From Nitrospirales bacterium (GTDB lineage Bacteria > Nitrospirota > Nitrospiria > Nitrospirales > UBA8639), in NCBI GenBank assembly GCA_965223295.1, contig CBDCWC010000003.1, forward strand, positions 672,001 to 736,000: a DNA stretch of 64,000 bases. Reading direction: 5' to 3'. A program made the position numbers and the translations under genes. Positions 19,099 to 29,983 of the stretch are shown one piece after another. The stretch's first letter is position 1, and every line of letters starts with the position of its first letter. Under the pieces are notes generated by a model. That model had not been told where the DNA came from. It searched no databases and saw nothing but the letters and a program-made list of their open reading frames with translations.

Positions 19099-19839
19099 TC
19101 ATCTGAGAGTGAAAGGAGAAGAAAGGTCTCGCATCCATCCTTGCCACAATGGGAGATAGTCCCATAAGCCCAAACGCAAGAGATAGGCTTCTCCTTCCCA
19201 ATCGATCACACCATCACCATCCTGCGCAATGCCTCCCCCTTCCAATATATTGGCAATGTACACCGCTGTGAGAGGAGAAAACCCCCTATGAGGAGCCTGG
19301 AGTGGCTTGTCATGAAAAGTCACAATATTTAGCAATTCTTCAGGAATCCCCCATCGAGCCAAAAACTTGGCCCCGCTTTTCGCATGCGTCGTACCTAAAA
19401 AGTTTTCCTCTAAGGTACGTAACTCTCGTCCGCGACTCTGAGCCAAATCCACGACTGCCATAAACACCTGTGGCTGCTGGGTCAGAAACATTAACATGCC
19501 GATATCATGAAGAAGGCCTCCGACAAACGCTTGCCAGATCTGCGAACGATCAACCTGTTGATGGATGGCAATTAATGCTGCCATATAACCCGTTCGCACA
19601 CTATGTTGCCACAAAATTCTGAGAGAAGATGACGAGATTTCAAAACCCTCTGTTAACAAAAACACCTCAACCCCAATACTCAATCCGGATTCCAGATTGG
19701 TAGGGATAGGTCCAATCTGTGAGGTCAGAGCATAAAAATATTGCTCCAATTCATCGGTTTCAAGCAAAGAACCTTCTGCAACTGCACGCTCTCTCGTCAT
19801 ATTTCCAACTTCATCATTCTGAAATTTCATGTCATCCAA
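19099..19839 (-). CDS. HDOD-domain signalling protein
   Basis: LWQHS...A, AFVGGLLHDIG, THA..GA..L.RWG.P, HDKP; N-terminus of the domain looks short. Confidence 0.85.
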   Translation of the reverse strand: MDDMKFQNDEVGNMTRERAVAEGSLLETDELEQYFYALTSQIGPIPTNLESGLSIGVEVFLLTEGFEISSSSLRILWQHSVRTGYMAALIAIHQQVDRSQIWQAFVGGLLHDIGMLMFLTQQPQVFMAVVDLAQSRGRELRTLEENFLGTTHAKSGAKFLARWGIPEELLNIVTFHDKPLQAPHRGFSPLTAVYIANILEGGGIAQDGDGVIDWEGEAYLLRLGLWDYLPLWQGWMRDLSSPFTLR

Positions 19840-20088
19840 AGAAATAGTGGCTTTTGATATTTACAGTCATCATTCTTTATCATGCTCCATATTAAGGCCT
19901 AAGAGCCCCCCTGACAGCCGATAGACCTTCTCGTCACCTTTTCCTCGGTTATCCGCCAAAGTCTCTTAAGAACCCCCGCACTGACAGACCATGAACCTCT
20001 GTCAATATCTTAAAAAGAGAAAAAGCCACACAAAACCGATAGTACGCGATGAGCGGGGAAAGAACGTCAGAAGTGAGTATTCGCGATT

Positions 20089-21939
20089 TTACAGATCGGG
20101 AAAGTGAAAGGTGCCGGGTAAATCCAAAGAGAAGGTAGCCCCATGCCCCATACCCTGGCTATGAGCTCGCAAGGCTCCACCAAGATTTTTAGCGACCAAC
20201 GCGCCATTATGCAAACTCATGCCGCGTCCGCCCTTATTGGTTTGATTACCTTGTCCAAAAATTTTAGTCAGATCTTCAGAGGCAATGCCGACTCCAGAAT
20301 CTTGAACTTCTATGCGAACAGCATCCGGCGGACCAGGAACCAGTATCGCTCGTATCACGAGATGTTTCACTGGCACCTTTGCCATAGCCTGGCAGGCATT
20401 TCGAATCAAATCGACTAGAACTTCCAAGACTTGATGCTTCTCGACAATGAGCTGGGGAATTTCCTGAAATTCTCGAGTCACATCAATCTGCGATGTCTCA
20501 AAGAGCTCTTGATTGGCTACCAGAGCTTCCTCTAGTAATTCGTTCACAAAGAGTGGCTCGGTTATGCGGCTTGGTTTAGCCAGATCTTGTTGTACAGCCA
20601 CACAATGTTGCGCCTGTTGGGTATTCTCACGCAAACGCTTGAGTTCAGCTAGCGCCATTCGTTGTTCTTCCAATAATTGGCTGGATAATTTCTCTAAATA
20701 GGCCGGAACTTGTTTCCCTTTGGGATTGATTGAGAAATAGCTGCCAAGATCCTCTTGATGCTTCTGAAAGAGTTGCGAAATCCGCCCCACATCTCCGACG
20801 ATCGACTTTGTCACCAAGTCCGTCACCACGCCAATCGAAACATTAATACTATTCAACACGTTCCCTACATTATGCAGGACATCCGATGCCACTTCCGCCA
20901 TCCCAAGCTGTCGTGAGGTATCCAATAATTGCTGGTGCAATTGCAATTTTTCTTCCTCCATCCGTTTGCGTTCAGTAATATCCTGGGCCACACACACTAA
21001 CCCCTGAAATTGCCCTTGTTCATCCTGCATCATCGACCCCGAAACTGAAATTGGAATGCTTAGACCATCACGCGTCAGGAAACTTGACTCAATGCCACTC
21101 ACTGACCCCTGCAGCAGCAAGTTCTCGATAATAGAACCCTGGGCGAACTCTGCTCCAAATATCAGTCCGGGAGATTGTCCTACTAATTCATCCTCCGCGT
21201 ATCCTAAAAGGTCCAGCAAGGACGGATTCACGGATCCAATTGTCATATTGGCATCAATCACCAAGAGAGAATCTGCCATCGAACGCAAAACGTTTTCCAC
21301 ATAGACCTTCGAGGTGGCTAAATCATCTCTGGCAGATGCCAATTCAGCAAGTTGGGCCTCTACCTCTTGAGTAGACGGAGACGTGTTCAAACCCTCTACC
21401 ACTTCGCTTGCTGTACATTCTGCTGACTCATGTGTCCCCACTTGTGAAGAAGAGCCGGAAAACGCACTGAGACACGAGGCCAATTGCATGACCTCTTCCG
21501 GCAGTCCGGGCATCAGAAACAAAGCCCATTGCTCAGGACGACTCAATCGCAGTTTTCCTTCTCGTAATACGGTATCTCGAGACAAACACAGAATACATCG
21601 CACCCTGCTATCTATTTGCCAAATCTTTTCAATATTCTCTTGTACCGAATCCCATTCTTCGGAACCTAGCGCTAAAAAGACTAACGAAAATGAAGCACCT
21701 GTCCGTTGCCCCTCGTCTATATGCTGGAAAGCCGCCTCCCAATCTTCCACGCTCACCAGGTTAAAAGACACTGCTTCCGGCTTAATGGGTAGCGTCTGCG
21801 CTACGTCCATGGGTCCCTCCTCCGAGGAAACCCTATCATGAGCAACACACAACGCTTGCCTCAGAAAATCATGTGTGGTGCGATCATCACCAATTGACAA
21901 CACATGTCGAGACATAGGGTGTGTTATCACGCGTTTCAT
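20089..21939 (-). CDS. Pseudo-receiver + PAS + histidine kinase (LHNVGN H-box type)
   Basis: PAS/PAC ending QDITERK, VLHNVGNVLNS, DLIRNA, DSGVGI, GATF. Confidence 0.88.
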   Translation of the reverse strand: MKRVITHPMSRHVLSIGDDRTTHDFLRQALCVAHDRVSSEEGPMDVAQTLPIKPEAVSFNLVSVEDWEAAFQHIDEGQRTGASFSLVFLALGSEEWDSVQENIEKIWQIDSRVRCILCLSRDTVLREGKLRLSRPEQWALFLMPGLPEEVMQLASCLSAFSGSSSQVGTHESAECTASEVVEGLNTSPSTQEVEAQLAELASARDDLATSKVYVENVLRSMADSLLVIDANMTIGSVNPSLLDLLGYAEDELVGQSPGLIFGAEFAQGSIIENLLLQGSVSGIESSFLTRDGLSIPISVSGSMMQDEQGQFQGLVCVAQDITERKRMEEEKLQLHQQLLDTSRQLGMAEVASDVLHNVGNVLNSINVSIGVVTDLVTKSIVGDVGRISQLFQKHQEDLGSYFSINPKGKQVPAYLEKLSSQLLEEQRMALAELKRLRENTQQAQHCVAVQQDLAKPSRITEPLFVNELLEEALVANQELFETSQIDVTREFQEIPQLIVEKHQVLEVLVDLIRNACQAMAKVPVKHLVIRAILVPGPPDAVRIEVQDSGVGIASEDLTKIFGQGNQTNKGGRGMSLHNGALVAKNLGGALRAHSQGMGHGATFSLDLPGTFHFPDL

Positions 21940-21983
21940 ACGTTTTTCCTGATAAAGATCATGAGGTGGAGAAAAATGAATTT

Positions 21984-22001
21984 GTTGACATGTTTGTCAA
22001 C
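21984..22001. promoter_or_regulatory. Palindromic site GTTGACA-N4-TGTCAAC
   Basis: Perfect 7-bp arms about 45 nt upstream of the kinase start. Confidence 0.5.
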
Positions 22002-22095
22002 TTTCACGTATTTCCGGATCACAATTTTGTGTCGTCATGAAAAAAATAAAACATCCATAATGTATAGATTCCACAAAGACAAAAGCACACACAGA

Positions 22096-23175
22096 TCAAT
22101 CCTGTGAAGCAGGCAACGTGACAGTAAATGTCGACCCTTCTCCAACAGATGAGCAAACCGATATTGCACCCCTACATTGATTGACAATTCGTTGACAGAC
22201 CGCAAGCCCTATACCTGAACCACCATATTCCTCAGATTGGTGTACGCGCTTGAACATGCCAAAAATCTTATCAAGATATTCAGCCGGAATCCCGACGCCC
22301 TCATCCTGAATTTTGACCTGGCAGAGCCACTCCGGCGTTTCTGGCCCACTATGACGACGATCCTGGATTTTCATCCCGGAAATATGAATGACCGGAGCCA
22401 CACCGGATTTGTGAAATTTCAACGCATTGCTCAAGAGATTCTGAAATAATTGACGAATCATAACCGCATCCCCTTGAACCATTGGCAAATCTCCCACATA
22501 CACCTTTGCCTCCAGTTCATCAATCTGTGCGCTGAAATCAACCAGAATGTCTTCTACTATGTTCCATAAAGAAAGAAGTCCGCCATTTTGATCGGAAGCA
22601 CGAACCCTAGAATACAGTAACATCCCTTCGATTAATTGCTGCATTCGGCTGGCGGCTTTCGTCACACGATCTACATAACCTTTCCCCTGCTCATTCAGTG
22701 AGGATCCGTGCTTGACCCGTAACAAATCTAAAAAAACTTGAATGGAATGAAGCGGCTCCTGCAAATCATGGGCAGCCAACGAGGCAAATTGCTCTAAATC
22801 ACGATTCGATCTCGCCCATTCCTCGGCCTTCTGCCGGAGAACCAATTCTTTTTGTTCTCGTTCGTGCAACTCTTTCAAGAGTTGATCGCGATCCGCCAAA
22901 ATTTCCACAGTGCGTATCTCTAACTCTCGAACTGATTGCGTCAATTGCTTTTCGATTTCCTTCTGCCTTGACAAATCCTGCTTGAAACGATGATTGGCTT
23001 TTTGCAACTTCGCCACTTGACTCGAGACCGCAGACTCAGTGTCATCGGTGGGAGATCCTGTCGTTACCTGACACGACTGATTCAACATTCGCCTTTGCTT
23101 TCCATTGAAAACAACATGACCGTCATACAAGAAACCCAACGTCTTGTACTTCTCTTGTGCATACAGAGCATTCAA
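22096..23175 (-). CDS. Cytoplasmic histidine kinase (HisKA, AHDLQEPL type)
   Basis: AHDLQEPL, QNLLSNALKF, DEGVGI, GSGIGLA; start uncertain. Confidence 0.9.
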   Translation of the reverse strand: MNALYAQEKYKTLGFLYDGHVVFNGKQRRMLNQSCQVTTGSPTDDTESAVSSQVAKLQKANHRFKQDLSRQKEIEKQLTQSVRELEIRTVEILADRDQLLKELHEREQKELVLRQKAEEWARSNRDLEQFASLAAHDLQEPLHSIQVFLDLLRVKHGSSLNEQGKGYVDRVTKAASRMQQLIEGMLLYSRVRASDQNGGLLSLWNIVEDILVDFSAQIDELEAKVYVGDLPMVQGDAVMIRQLFQNLLSNALKFHKSGVAPVIHISGMKIQDRRHSGPETPEWLCQVKIQDEGVGIPAEYLDKIFGMFKRVHQSEEYGGSGIGLAVCQRIVNQCRGAISVCSSVGEGSTFTVTLPASQD

Positions 23176-23194
23176 TGCTTTCGCGCCAGAACAA

Positions 23195-24487
23195 TCAAGA
23201 CAGCACCGCTTCTTTCTGCACTGGGAACGTTAACTCGAACGTGGCACCTTTCCCCACGCCGTCACTGTGAACGTGCATTGTCCCTCCCATATCCCGAATG
23301 GCTGCAATCGAACTATGGAGGCCAATCCCATTTCCATCTTTCTTCGTGGTAAACCCTCGCGTAAACAACTTTGATATATGTTCCGGCGCAATCCCAATCC
23401 CGCTATCTCGAATTCTCAAAACTACAGATTCTTGACCATCAGATTGATATTTGACACTGAGATTGAGGACATGATTTTCCTGGATATGTTGCAGCATGGC
23501 CTGTTTAGCATTGCGAAGAAGGTTGACCAAAATCTGAAGCAACTGATGTTGGTCAGCCCAAACAGCCGGCACTTCTTCATAATCACCACAAGTCGTCATC
23601 CAATTCGAATCTTCTGGCTGGAAACTCAATTCCATGGCATGAGACAAAATGTCGACTAACGCTATTTGCTCCATTTCGCCTACTGACTTGGCCATAGCTT
23701 GATGAGACAAAATAACTTGCCTCATATGGCGAATATTTCTGACGACCCCTTTCATTTCTTTCAAAACCGTTTGCTGCTCTTCAATGAGATGGTCTCCGAG
23801 CTTTTCAAGGGAAGGAGGGATACGTTTGCCTTTGGGGTCTTTCGTCAAATAGGTTCCCAAATCCTCCCGGTGAGTCGCGAGCAATTCCGCCACTCGATTC
23901 ACGAGGGTCACTGAGGATTGAGCAACGAGAGACTCAACCATATTTGCGGCAACCATCACACTCGTTAACACATTGCCTACGTTATGCAAGACCGTTGATG
24001 CCACATTGGCCATTTCTATTTTGTACTCTGTTTCACCTAACTGCATCCGAAGCTGTTCCTGTTCGACCATAAACTGTTGCCGTTCCTGCGCCAAACTACA
24101 TCCCCACTTCAATATGACTGGCACGATCGTTTCATCCACCCGACAACCAACACCATCTTCAAGCATCTTGCTCTGATTTGGGCTGCTCTCTTCAACGTTC
24201 ATGACCCCGATGATCATAGTTTTCTGACTGTTCAATTGTCGTTCAGAGATTTCTTTCCAGGCCCGCCCATCTTGACGACAGTCAACAATCATGACATCGG
24301 GTAGATTTCCTGACAGACAGTCAACCACGGCCTCCTGGGCGGTATTTATCCATTTCACCTTTGGACTTGGTTGAAGAGATGTTAGTACCGTACGACAGTC
24401 ATGAGAAAGCTCAGCGTCCTGGAAACCGACCAACACGATCTCAAGAGACACTTTTGGGGAAGAGGATTGGGAATCAGAAGACAACAT
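23195..24487 (-). CDS. Receiver-like domain + histidine kinase (LHNVGN type)
   Basis: PDVMIVD, VLHNVGNVL, NLLRNA, DSGIGI, GFTTKKDGNGIGL. Confidence 0.88.
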   Translation of the reverse strand: MLSSDSQSSSPKVSLEIVLVGFQDAELSHDCRTVLTSLQPSPKVKWINTAQEAVVDCLSGNLPDVMIVDCRQDGRAWKEISERQLNSQKTMIIGVMNVEESSPNQSKMLEDGVGCRVDETIVPVILKWGCSLAQERQQFMVEQEQLRMQLGETEYKIEMANVASTVLHNVGNVLTSVMVAANMVESLVAQSSVTLVNRVAELLATHREDLGTYLTKDPKGKRIPPSLEKLGDHLIEEQQTVLKEMKGVVRNIRHMRQVILSHQAMAKSVGEMEQIALVDILSHAMELSFQPEDSNWMTTCGDYEEVPAVWADQHQLLQILVNLLRNAKQAMLQHIQENHVLNLSVKYQSDGQESVVLRIRDSGIGIAPEHISKLFTRGFTTKKDGNGIGLHSSIAAIRDMGGTMHVHSDGVGKGATFELTFPVQKEAVLS

Positions 24488-24649
24488 GAGGAATCATTCA
24501 TCTTCAGTGCTAACGAGGAAGGCAACTTTTTTAAATGTTCACCGATACTACTCTGTGAGAATCGTACCTTTTCTCATATCCAAACTTTTCACATCGAATA
24601 TACCTGTACTCGTCTGACGATTATCGGATTCTTAAAGAATCTTAGAGAA

Positions 24650-25213
24650 TTAGTCAGCTTTGACTGTTTCGTCAGCTCGCTCTTCAGCCCACTTAGCCAA
24701 CAGATCTAATTGAGACTTGGCTTGCCGTGTTTCCGCCCACCGTTTAGTTAGTGAATTTGCTAACTGCCACACCTCAATGTTGTCAAAAGGCTTTCGGAGA
24801 ATGAGCAACTGATCATTCTTATTCAGACGTTGAATAACATCCTCCCACGCATGATCAGAAAATGCCGTACATATGACGATTTGCAATTCCGGATCTTCCT
24901 GCCATAAATGTTCAACCGTCTCGACTCCATCCCAACCAGGAGGCATGCGCATATCCACAAATGCTACGGCGTAGGGATTCTTGGCCTTCATCGCTTCCTG
25001 AACCATGCGATAGCCCATTTGTCCTTGATCTGCACATTCCACTTCGAACTTTTCTACGACTTTTTGCTCTTCAACGTCGCCAAACAATTCAGCCCGAACT
25101 TCCTGTAGCAATGAGGTGTCCAAGGAACGTTCCAGAATTTTCCGGAAATCGTCGTGAATCGCCACATTATCATCAATAACTAAGATCCGCCTGTTACCTT
25201 GTTCCATGTCCAT
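24650..25213 (-). CDS. Stand-alone response regulator with inserted loop
   Basis: ILVIDD, FVDMRMPPGWDG, CTA, RKPF. Confidence 0.9.
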   Translation of the reverse strand: MDMEQGNRRILVIDDNVAIHDDFRKILERSLDTSLLQEVRAELFGDVEEQKVVEKFEVECADQGQMGYRMVQEAMKAKNPYAVAFVDMRMPPGWDGVETVEHLWQEDPELQIVICTAFSDHAWEDVIQRLNKNDQLLILRKPFDNIEVWQLANSLTKRWAETRQAKSQLDLLAKWAEERADETVKAD

Positions 25214-26082
25214 TACCGTGTTTCCTCCATGTGAATAACTGGGAGATCAAGTGTAAAAATCGCTCCCTGATTCGGCCCATCACTCCACACACGCAACGCT
25301 CCACCAAGATCTTTTGCCGCTAAGGCACTGGCGTAGAGGTTTGGCAGGTGATCTAACTGAGTCCCTGGTTCTTTAGGTGAAAAAACCTGTGTCAGATGAT
25401 CCGAGGCTATCCCACAACCAGAATCTTCTACTTGCAATCGTACAAAGCCGTCCCGGTCTGAACAGGGCAACACATGCAGAACCAAACGATGAGGCCGTCC
25501 CGTCTCCTCATTCATGGCATTGATCGCATTCCTGATCAGTGTCACCAAAATAGGCCTTAGTTTCGCCATCTCCAAAATACCTTCTCCAACAGCCTGATAG
25601 TCATGAATCACCTCTATACCCATCCGATCCAATTCTGCACGATGAGCAAGAACCACCTCATCCAAGGCATCAGAAAACTGAATGGTGTCCTTCAAACCAC
25701 CTGCTCGTTCGGGTGCATATCCAGTCGTCAGCAAATATTCCATTTGCTCTAAATAATAATTCAGGGTTGTGAGCTCCGTGAGAGCCTTCAAATGCTTGTG
25801 TCTCAACTCCTGACTCAATTGTCCTAAGAAAAATGGAATCTTTATCCCCTTAGGATCTTGCGTGAGATACCATCCAATATTGTCTTCGTGGTCGATTAAC
25901 ATATCAGAGACGCGCCTGATATCCTCTATCTGAAATTCTCGCAATTGCTGATTGATCAAACCTGTTGAGACATGCACACTATTCAACACATTTCTCATCT
26001 TGTGAAACACAGACTCCGCCTCTGCAGTTGATCCAGACTTTGTTTGAGCTTCTGGTAGAACAGCTGTCATAGTTGGCATCAA
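25213..26082 (-). CDS. Degenerate histidine-kinase core (no sensor domain)
   Basis: FHKMRNVLNS, LIRNA, DSGCGI present; G2 box not recognisable. Confidence 0.8.
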   Translation of the reverse strand: MMPTMTAVLPEAQTKSGSTAEAESVFHKMRNVLNSVHVSTGLINQQLREFQIEDIRRVSDMLIDHEDNIGWYLTQDPKGIKIPFFLGQLSQELRHKHLKALTELTTLNYYLEQMEYLLTTGYAPERAGGLKDTIQFSDALDEVVLAHRAELDRMGIEVIHDYQAVGEGILEMAKLRPILVTLIRNAINAMNEETGRPHRLVLHVLPCSDRDGFVRLQVEDSGCGIASDHLTQVFSPKEPGTQLDHLPNLYASALAAKDLGGALRVWSDGPNQGAIFTLDLPVIHMEETR

Positions 26083-26478
26083 AATTAGGAACTATTGATG
26101 AATCTCTACTCGACTCCCTGGAATCGAGACCACTCAACACCAAACATTTTCAACAACGACCAGGAAAGAGGCTCAAATCAAACACCACTGTCACGCAGTC
26201 TGGCATTCCACGCCTGTATTACGGAATAATTCGGTCATTTGACCAAGAACTTTAAAGAGAATTCATGAAAACAGTTCGGAAAAATCAAAAAACGTGCTAC
26301 CATCCTCTAGGCGTACCCTACCATGGATCTTTCCCCATCGGGTCAGAGATACCTGTACCTCCACGAGGTTACCCTGTCGTCACCGCCCATGCTTCATAAC
26401 ACTCTAATTCACATTGATGAGAAAAACGTCAGCGCCCTCACTGGGGATTCCTCAATTTCACAATAAACCGATCTTCTC

Positions 26479-29400
26479 GTGACGGATTCTTCCGCACAGA
26501 CCTCACCAAGCTCCACACCCTCCGGGGCAATACGCGGCTTGCTCATCGCCCAATTTTTTGGGGCATTTAATGACAATGCCTGGAAACTGATGGTTGCCCT
26601 TCTCGCCATCAAACAAGTGGCCGCAACCACAGACATATCTGGGCCAGCTTTTGAAATGGCCTCACAAACCCAAACCACTCAAGCCTTTGTGATCTTTACC
26701 CTTCCCCTTATGGTGGTTTCCGCGTTTGCTGGAATGTTTTCCGATCGTTTCAGTAAACGAACCGTCATCGTCATGATGAAAGCTCTAGAAGTCCTTTTAA
26801 TGGTAGCAGGCACCACAGCCCTCTTTTTTAACCCCGAAGGTGGGATGTGGCCACTGTGGGTCCTAGCTGGCATGGGAGCACAAAGTGCACTGTTCAGTCC
26901 TTCAAAATATGGCATTCTTCCTGAACTCTTGCCTCACCAACGACTATCCTGGGGGAATGGGCAATTAGAGCTCTGGACATTTGTGGCAATTATTGCGGGA
27001 ACGGCACTAGCTGGACCTCTCTTAGAACTTTCAGGATCCACACCCTGGGTAGCGGGAACCGTGTTGATTCTCTTTTCGGGTCTTGGACTCGGAGCGTCCT
27101 TTTTCATTCCAGCAGTGCCACGCGCAAGACCAGATGGCGGTATACGTGAAACATGGCAAGTGGCCTGGGAAGCTTTCCGGTCAGACCGAGTCTTGGCCTT
27201 AGGCATTCTTGGTTCTATTGCTTTTTGGACGCTGGCCAGTTTGGTGGGTCAGGATGCTCTGGTGTACGCCAAAGCCGTTCTGCATTTATCTGACACTTAC
27301 TCTGGCTTTCCTCTTGCGGCTTTTGGCGTCGGAGTTGGCATAGGCTCACTGTTAGCGGGAAAACTCTCTGCGACAAAAGTCGAATTAGGATACCTCCCGT
27401 TAGGTGGAATCGGCATCACCCTCAGTCTAGTGGCCTTAGGACTTTGGAGGCCACAACTAGGAGGCACTCTTCTCTGCATGAGTTTTCTCGGACTTTCAAG
27501 TGGATTTGTCGTTGTCCCACTCAATGCACTCATTCAATGGCGAGCACCAGCAGATCGCCGGGGAGCCGTCATTGCGTTTTCAAATACTTTAGTCTTCGGA
27601 GGCGTGTTATTGGGTTCTCTCGGATCGGGAGCGTTGGCAAACGTTGGGTTGAGTGCCAGCGCTATTTTTCTCGTTTCCGCATGTGGAAGCGTTTCACTTA
27701 CCATTTGGGCCATGTACCAACTTCCAGAAACATTTATTCGATTACTGTTGGTCTTGTTCACCCATACGCTTTATCGGTTAACCATTATAGGAAGGGAGCA
27801 GATTCCCCAAGAAGGCGGAGCATTACTCGTTCCCAATCATGTTTCGTTCATTGATGGATTTTTTCTTTTAGCGACGACAGACCGCCCCATACGATTTCTG
27901 GTAGATCAAATCTATTACGACCATCGATTCCTCAATCCCTTTGCCAAAATCATGGGCGCCATTCCAATTTCGTCCAACGGAACTCCACGAGAAATATTGC
28001 ATGGGTTGCGAGAAGCCGGTCGTCGCCTGGATGACGGCGAATTAGTCTGTATCTTTCCTGAAGGTCAAATCACGCGCACGGGGAATCTCTTACCCTTTCG
28101 CGCAGGTTTTACCCGCATCGTCAAAGGCAGGGATATCCCTATCGTCCCAATTCATTTAGACCGCGTGTGGGGCAGTATCTTTAGTTTTATCGGGGGAAAA
28201 TTTTTGGCTAAATGGCCATCCCGCATTCCGTATCCCATTACAATGTCTATCGGACATTCCCTCCCCTCGACAACCTCCGCCGATGAACTGCGTCAGACTA
28301 TTCAAGAGTTGGGGGAAGCCGCTTGGCGGATACGGGAAACCGACCGGCGCCCCATTCACCATGGTTTCGTAAGATCTATGCGGACACACCCCTTTCGGTT
28401 TGTCTTTGCTGATAGTACGCGGCCTCATGTCAGCTGTTTCGAAGCCTTGACGGGAGTCATCGCCTTGGCCAGAGCACTCCGGGAGTCTTGGGAAGGACAA
28501 CATACGGTAGGCATCCTGCTTCCTCCAAGCGTGGGTGGAGCGCTTGCGAATATTGCGGCAACATTGTCGGGCCGTACAACAGTGAATATCAACTACACAG
28601 CGGGAATCGCGGGTATGGAATCGGCCGCAAGACAGGCCGGCTTAACCACCATCCTGACTAGCCGCGTGTTTCTAGAAAAGGCCAAACTGGAATTGCCTTC
28701 CAACCTTACGCCGATTTGGATTGAAGACGTTCGAAAAACGATTGATGCTCAAGATAAATTCCTGGCCATGTTCCTGGCGCTCTGTGCTCCTGTTCGACTG
28801 CTGGAACGAAGCTGTGGTGCCATTACCCGCCCATCCATCACCGATTTAGCCACGATCATTTTCAGTAGCGGAAGCACTGGAGAACCCAAAGGTGTGATGC
28901 TCAGTCATTTTAATTTGGATTCTAATGTTGAAGGCGTTGCACAACTTCTCCATATCGACCAACATGACCGGGTGTTGGGTATTTTGCCTTTCTTTCATTC
29001 GTTCGGCTATCTCGCCACGCTTTGGTTCCCGACGATTCATGGGGCAGGCGTGATTTTTCATCCTTCCCCATTGGATGCCGGAGGCATTGGCGAGCTCATC
29101 GATCACCACAAAGCCACAGTTCTCTTGGCCACTCCAACCTTTCTGCAACTTTATGTACGGCGATGCTCCCCGGAACAATTTGGTTCATTGCGTATCGTCC
29201 TCACCGGAGCAGAGAAACTATCTGACCGGCTCCTAGTCGCGTTCGAAGAACGATTTGGTATTCGCCCAATCGAAGGCTATGGCGTCACGGAATGTGCACC
29301 GGTCATCTCAGTCAATTGCCCGGATTTTCGTGCAGCAGGATTCTTTCAACCAGCTTCCCGAAGAGGCACGGTAGGACAACCTCTCCCTGGGGTGTCGCTT

Positions 29401-29928
29401 CGCATTGTCGATCCCGATACCTATGAACGTCTGCCCGTTGGGCAATCAGGAATGCTTTTGGTGAAAGGGCCAAACGTGATGGAGGGCTACCTTGGTCGGG
29501 AAGATCTCACAGCCAAAGCCATGAAGGATGGGTGGTACATTACAGGAGACATTGCCAAATTAGATGAAGACGGATTTTTGACGATTACTGATCGACTCTC
29601 ACGATTCTCGAAGATCGGTGGAGAAATGGTCCCACATGGACGCGTGGAAGAGGCTCTACACCAGGCCATTCGGGCCGAAAGCATGATGTTAGCTGTGACA
29701 GCCATTCCTGATGAGCGTAAAGGGGAACAACTTGTGGTCTTGCATACTTTGGAAGAATCAGCTATCCCTGAACTACTCAATACGGTGGCAGAGAGCGGCC
29801 TTCCGAATCTATTTATTCCACGACGCGATAACTTTATCAAAGTTGAACAGTTGCCGATTTTAGGAACGGGCAAGTTAGATTTACGTTCTCTCAAACGTCT
29901 TGCTCTTGAACATAAAGCACAATCCTAA
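26479..29928 (+). CDS. aas: Fused LplT-like MFS / acyltransferase / acyl-ACP synthetase (Aas-type)
   Basis: MFS (QFFGAFNDN, FSPSKYG), PlsC (NHVS..D, FPEG), adenylation domain (FSSGSTG.PKG, EGYG.TE, TGD). Confidence 0.92.
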   Translation: MTDSSAQTSPSSTPSGAIRGLLIAQFFGAFNDNAWKLMVALLAIKQVAATTDISGPAFEMASQTQTTQAFVIFTLPLMVVSAFAGMFSDRFSKRTVIVMMKALEVLLMVAGTTALFFNPEGGMWPLWVLAGMGAQSALFSPSKYGILPELLPHQRLSWGNGQLELWTFVAIIAGTALAGPLLELSGSTPWVAGTVLILFSGLGLGASFFIPAVPRARPDGGIRETWQVAWEAFRSDRVLALGILGSIAFWTLASLVGQDALVYAKAVLHLSDTYSGFPLAAFGVGVGIGSLLAGKLSATKVELGYLPLGGIGITLSLVALGLWRPQLGGTLLCMSFLGLSSGFVVVPLNALIQWRAPADRRGAVIAFSNTLVFGGVLLGSLGSGALANVGLSASAIFLVSACGSVSLTIWAMYQLPETFIRLLLVLFTHTLYRLTIIGREQIPQEGGALLVPNHVSFIDGFFLLATTDRPIRFLVDQIYYDHRFLNPFAKIMGAIPISSNGTPREILHGLREAGRRLDDGELVCIFPEGQITRTGNLLPFRAGFTRIVKGRDIPIVPIHLDRVWGSIFSFIGGKFLAKWPSRIPYPITMSIGHSLPSTTSADELRQTIQELGEAAWRIRETDRRPIHHGFVRSMRTHPFRFVFADSTRPHVSCFEALTGVIALARALRESWEGQHTVGILLPPSVGGALANIAATLSGRTTVNINYTAGIAGMESAARQAGLTTILTSRVFLEKAKLELPSNLTPIWIEDVRKTIDAQDKFLAMFLALCAPVRLLERSCGAITRPSITDLATIIFSSGSTGEPKGVMLSHFNLDSNVEGVAQLLHIDQHDRVLGILPFFHSFGYLATLWFPTIHGAGVIFHPSPLDAGGIGELIDHHKATVLLATPTFLQLYVRRCSPEQFGSLRIVLTGAEKLSDRLLVAFEERFGIRPIEGYGVTECAPVISVNCPDFRAAGFFQPASRRGTVGQPLPGVSLRIVDPDTYERLPVGQSGMLLVKGPNVMEGYLGREDLTAKAMKDGWYITGDIAKLDEDGFLTITDRLSRFSKIGGEMVPHGRVEEALHQAIRAESMMLAVTAIPDERKGEQLVVLHTLEESAIPELLNTVAESGLPNLFIPRRDNFIKVEQLPILGTGKLDLRSLKRLALEHKAQS

Positions 29929-29983
29929 TTATCTTCATAAGTGACTTTCGCTGTTCCTTCGAAAAACCACTTTTTTAATAAAC

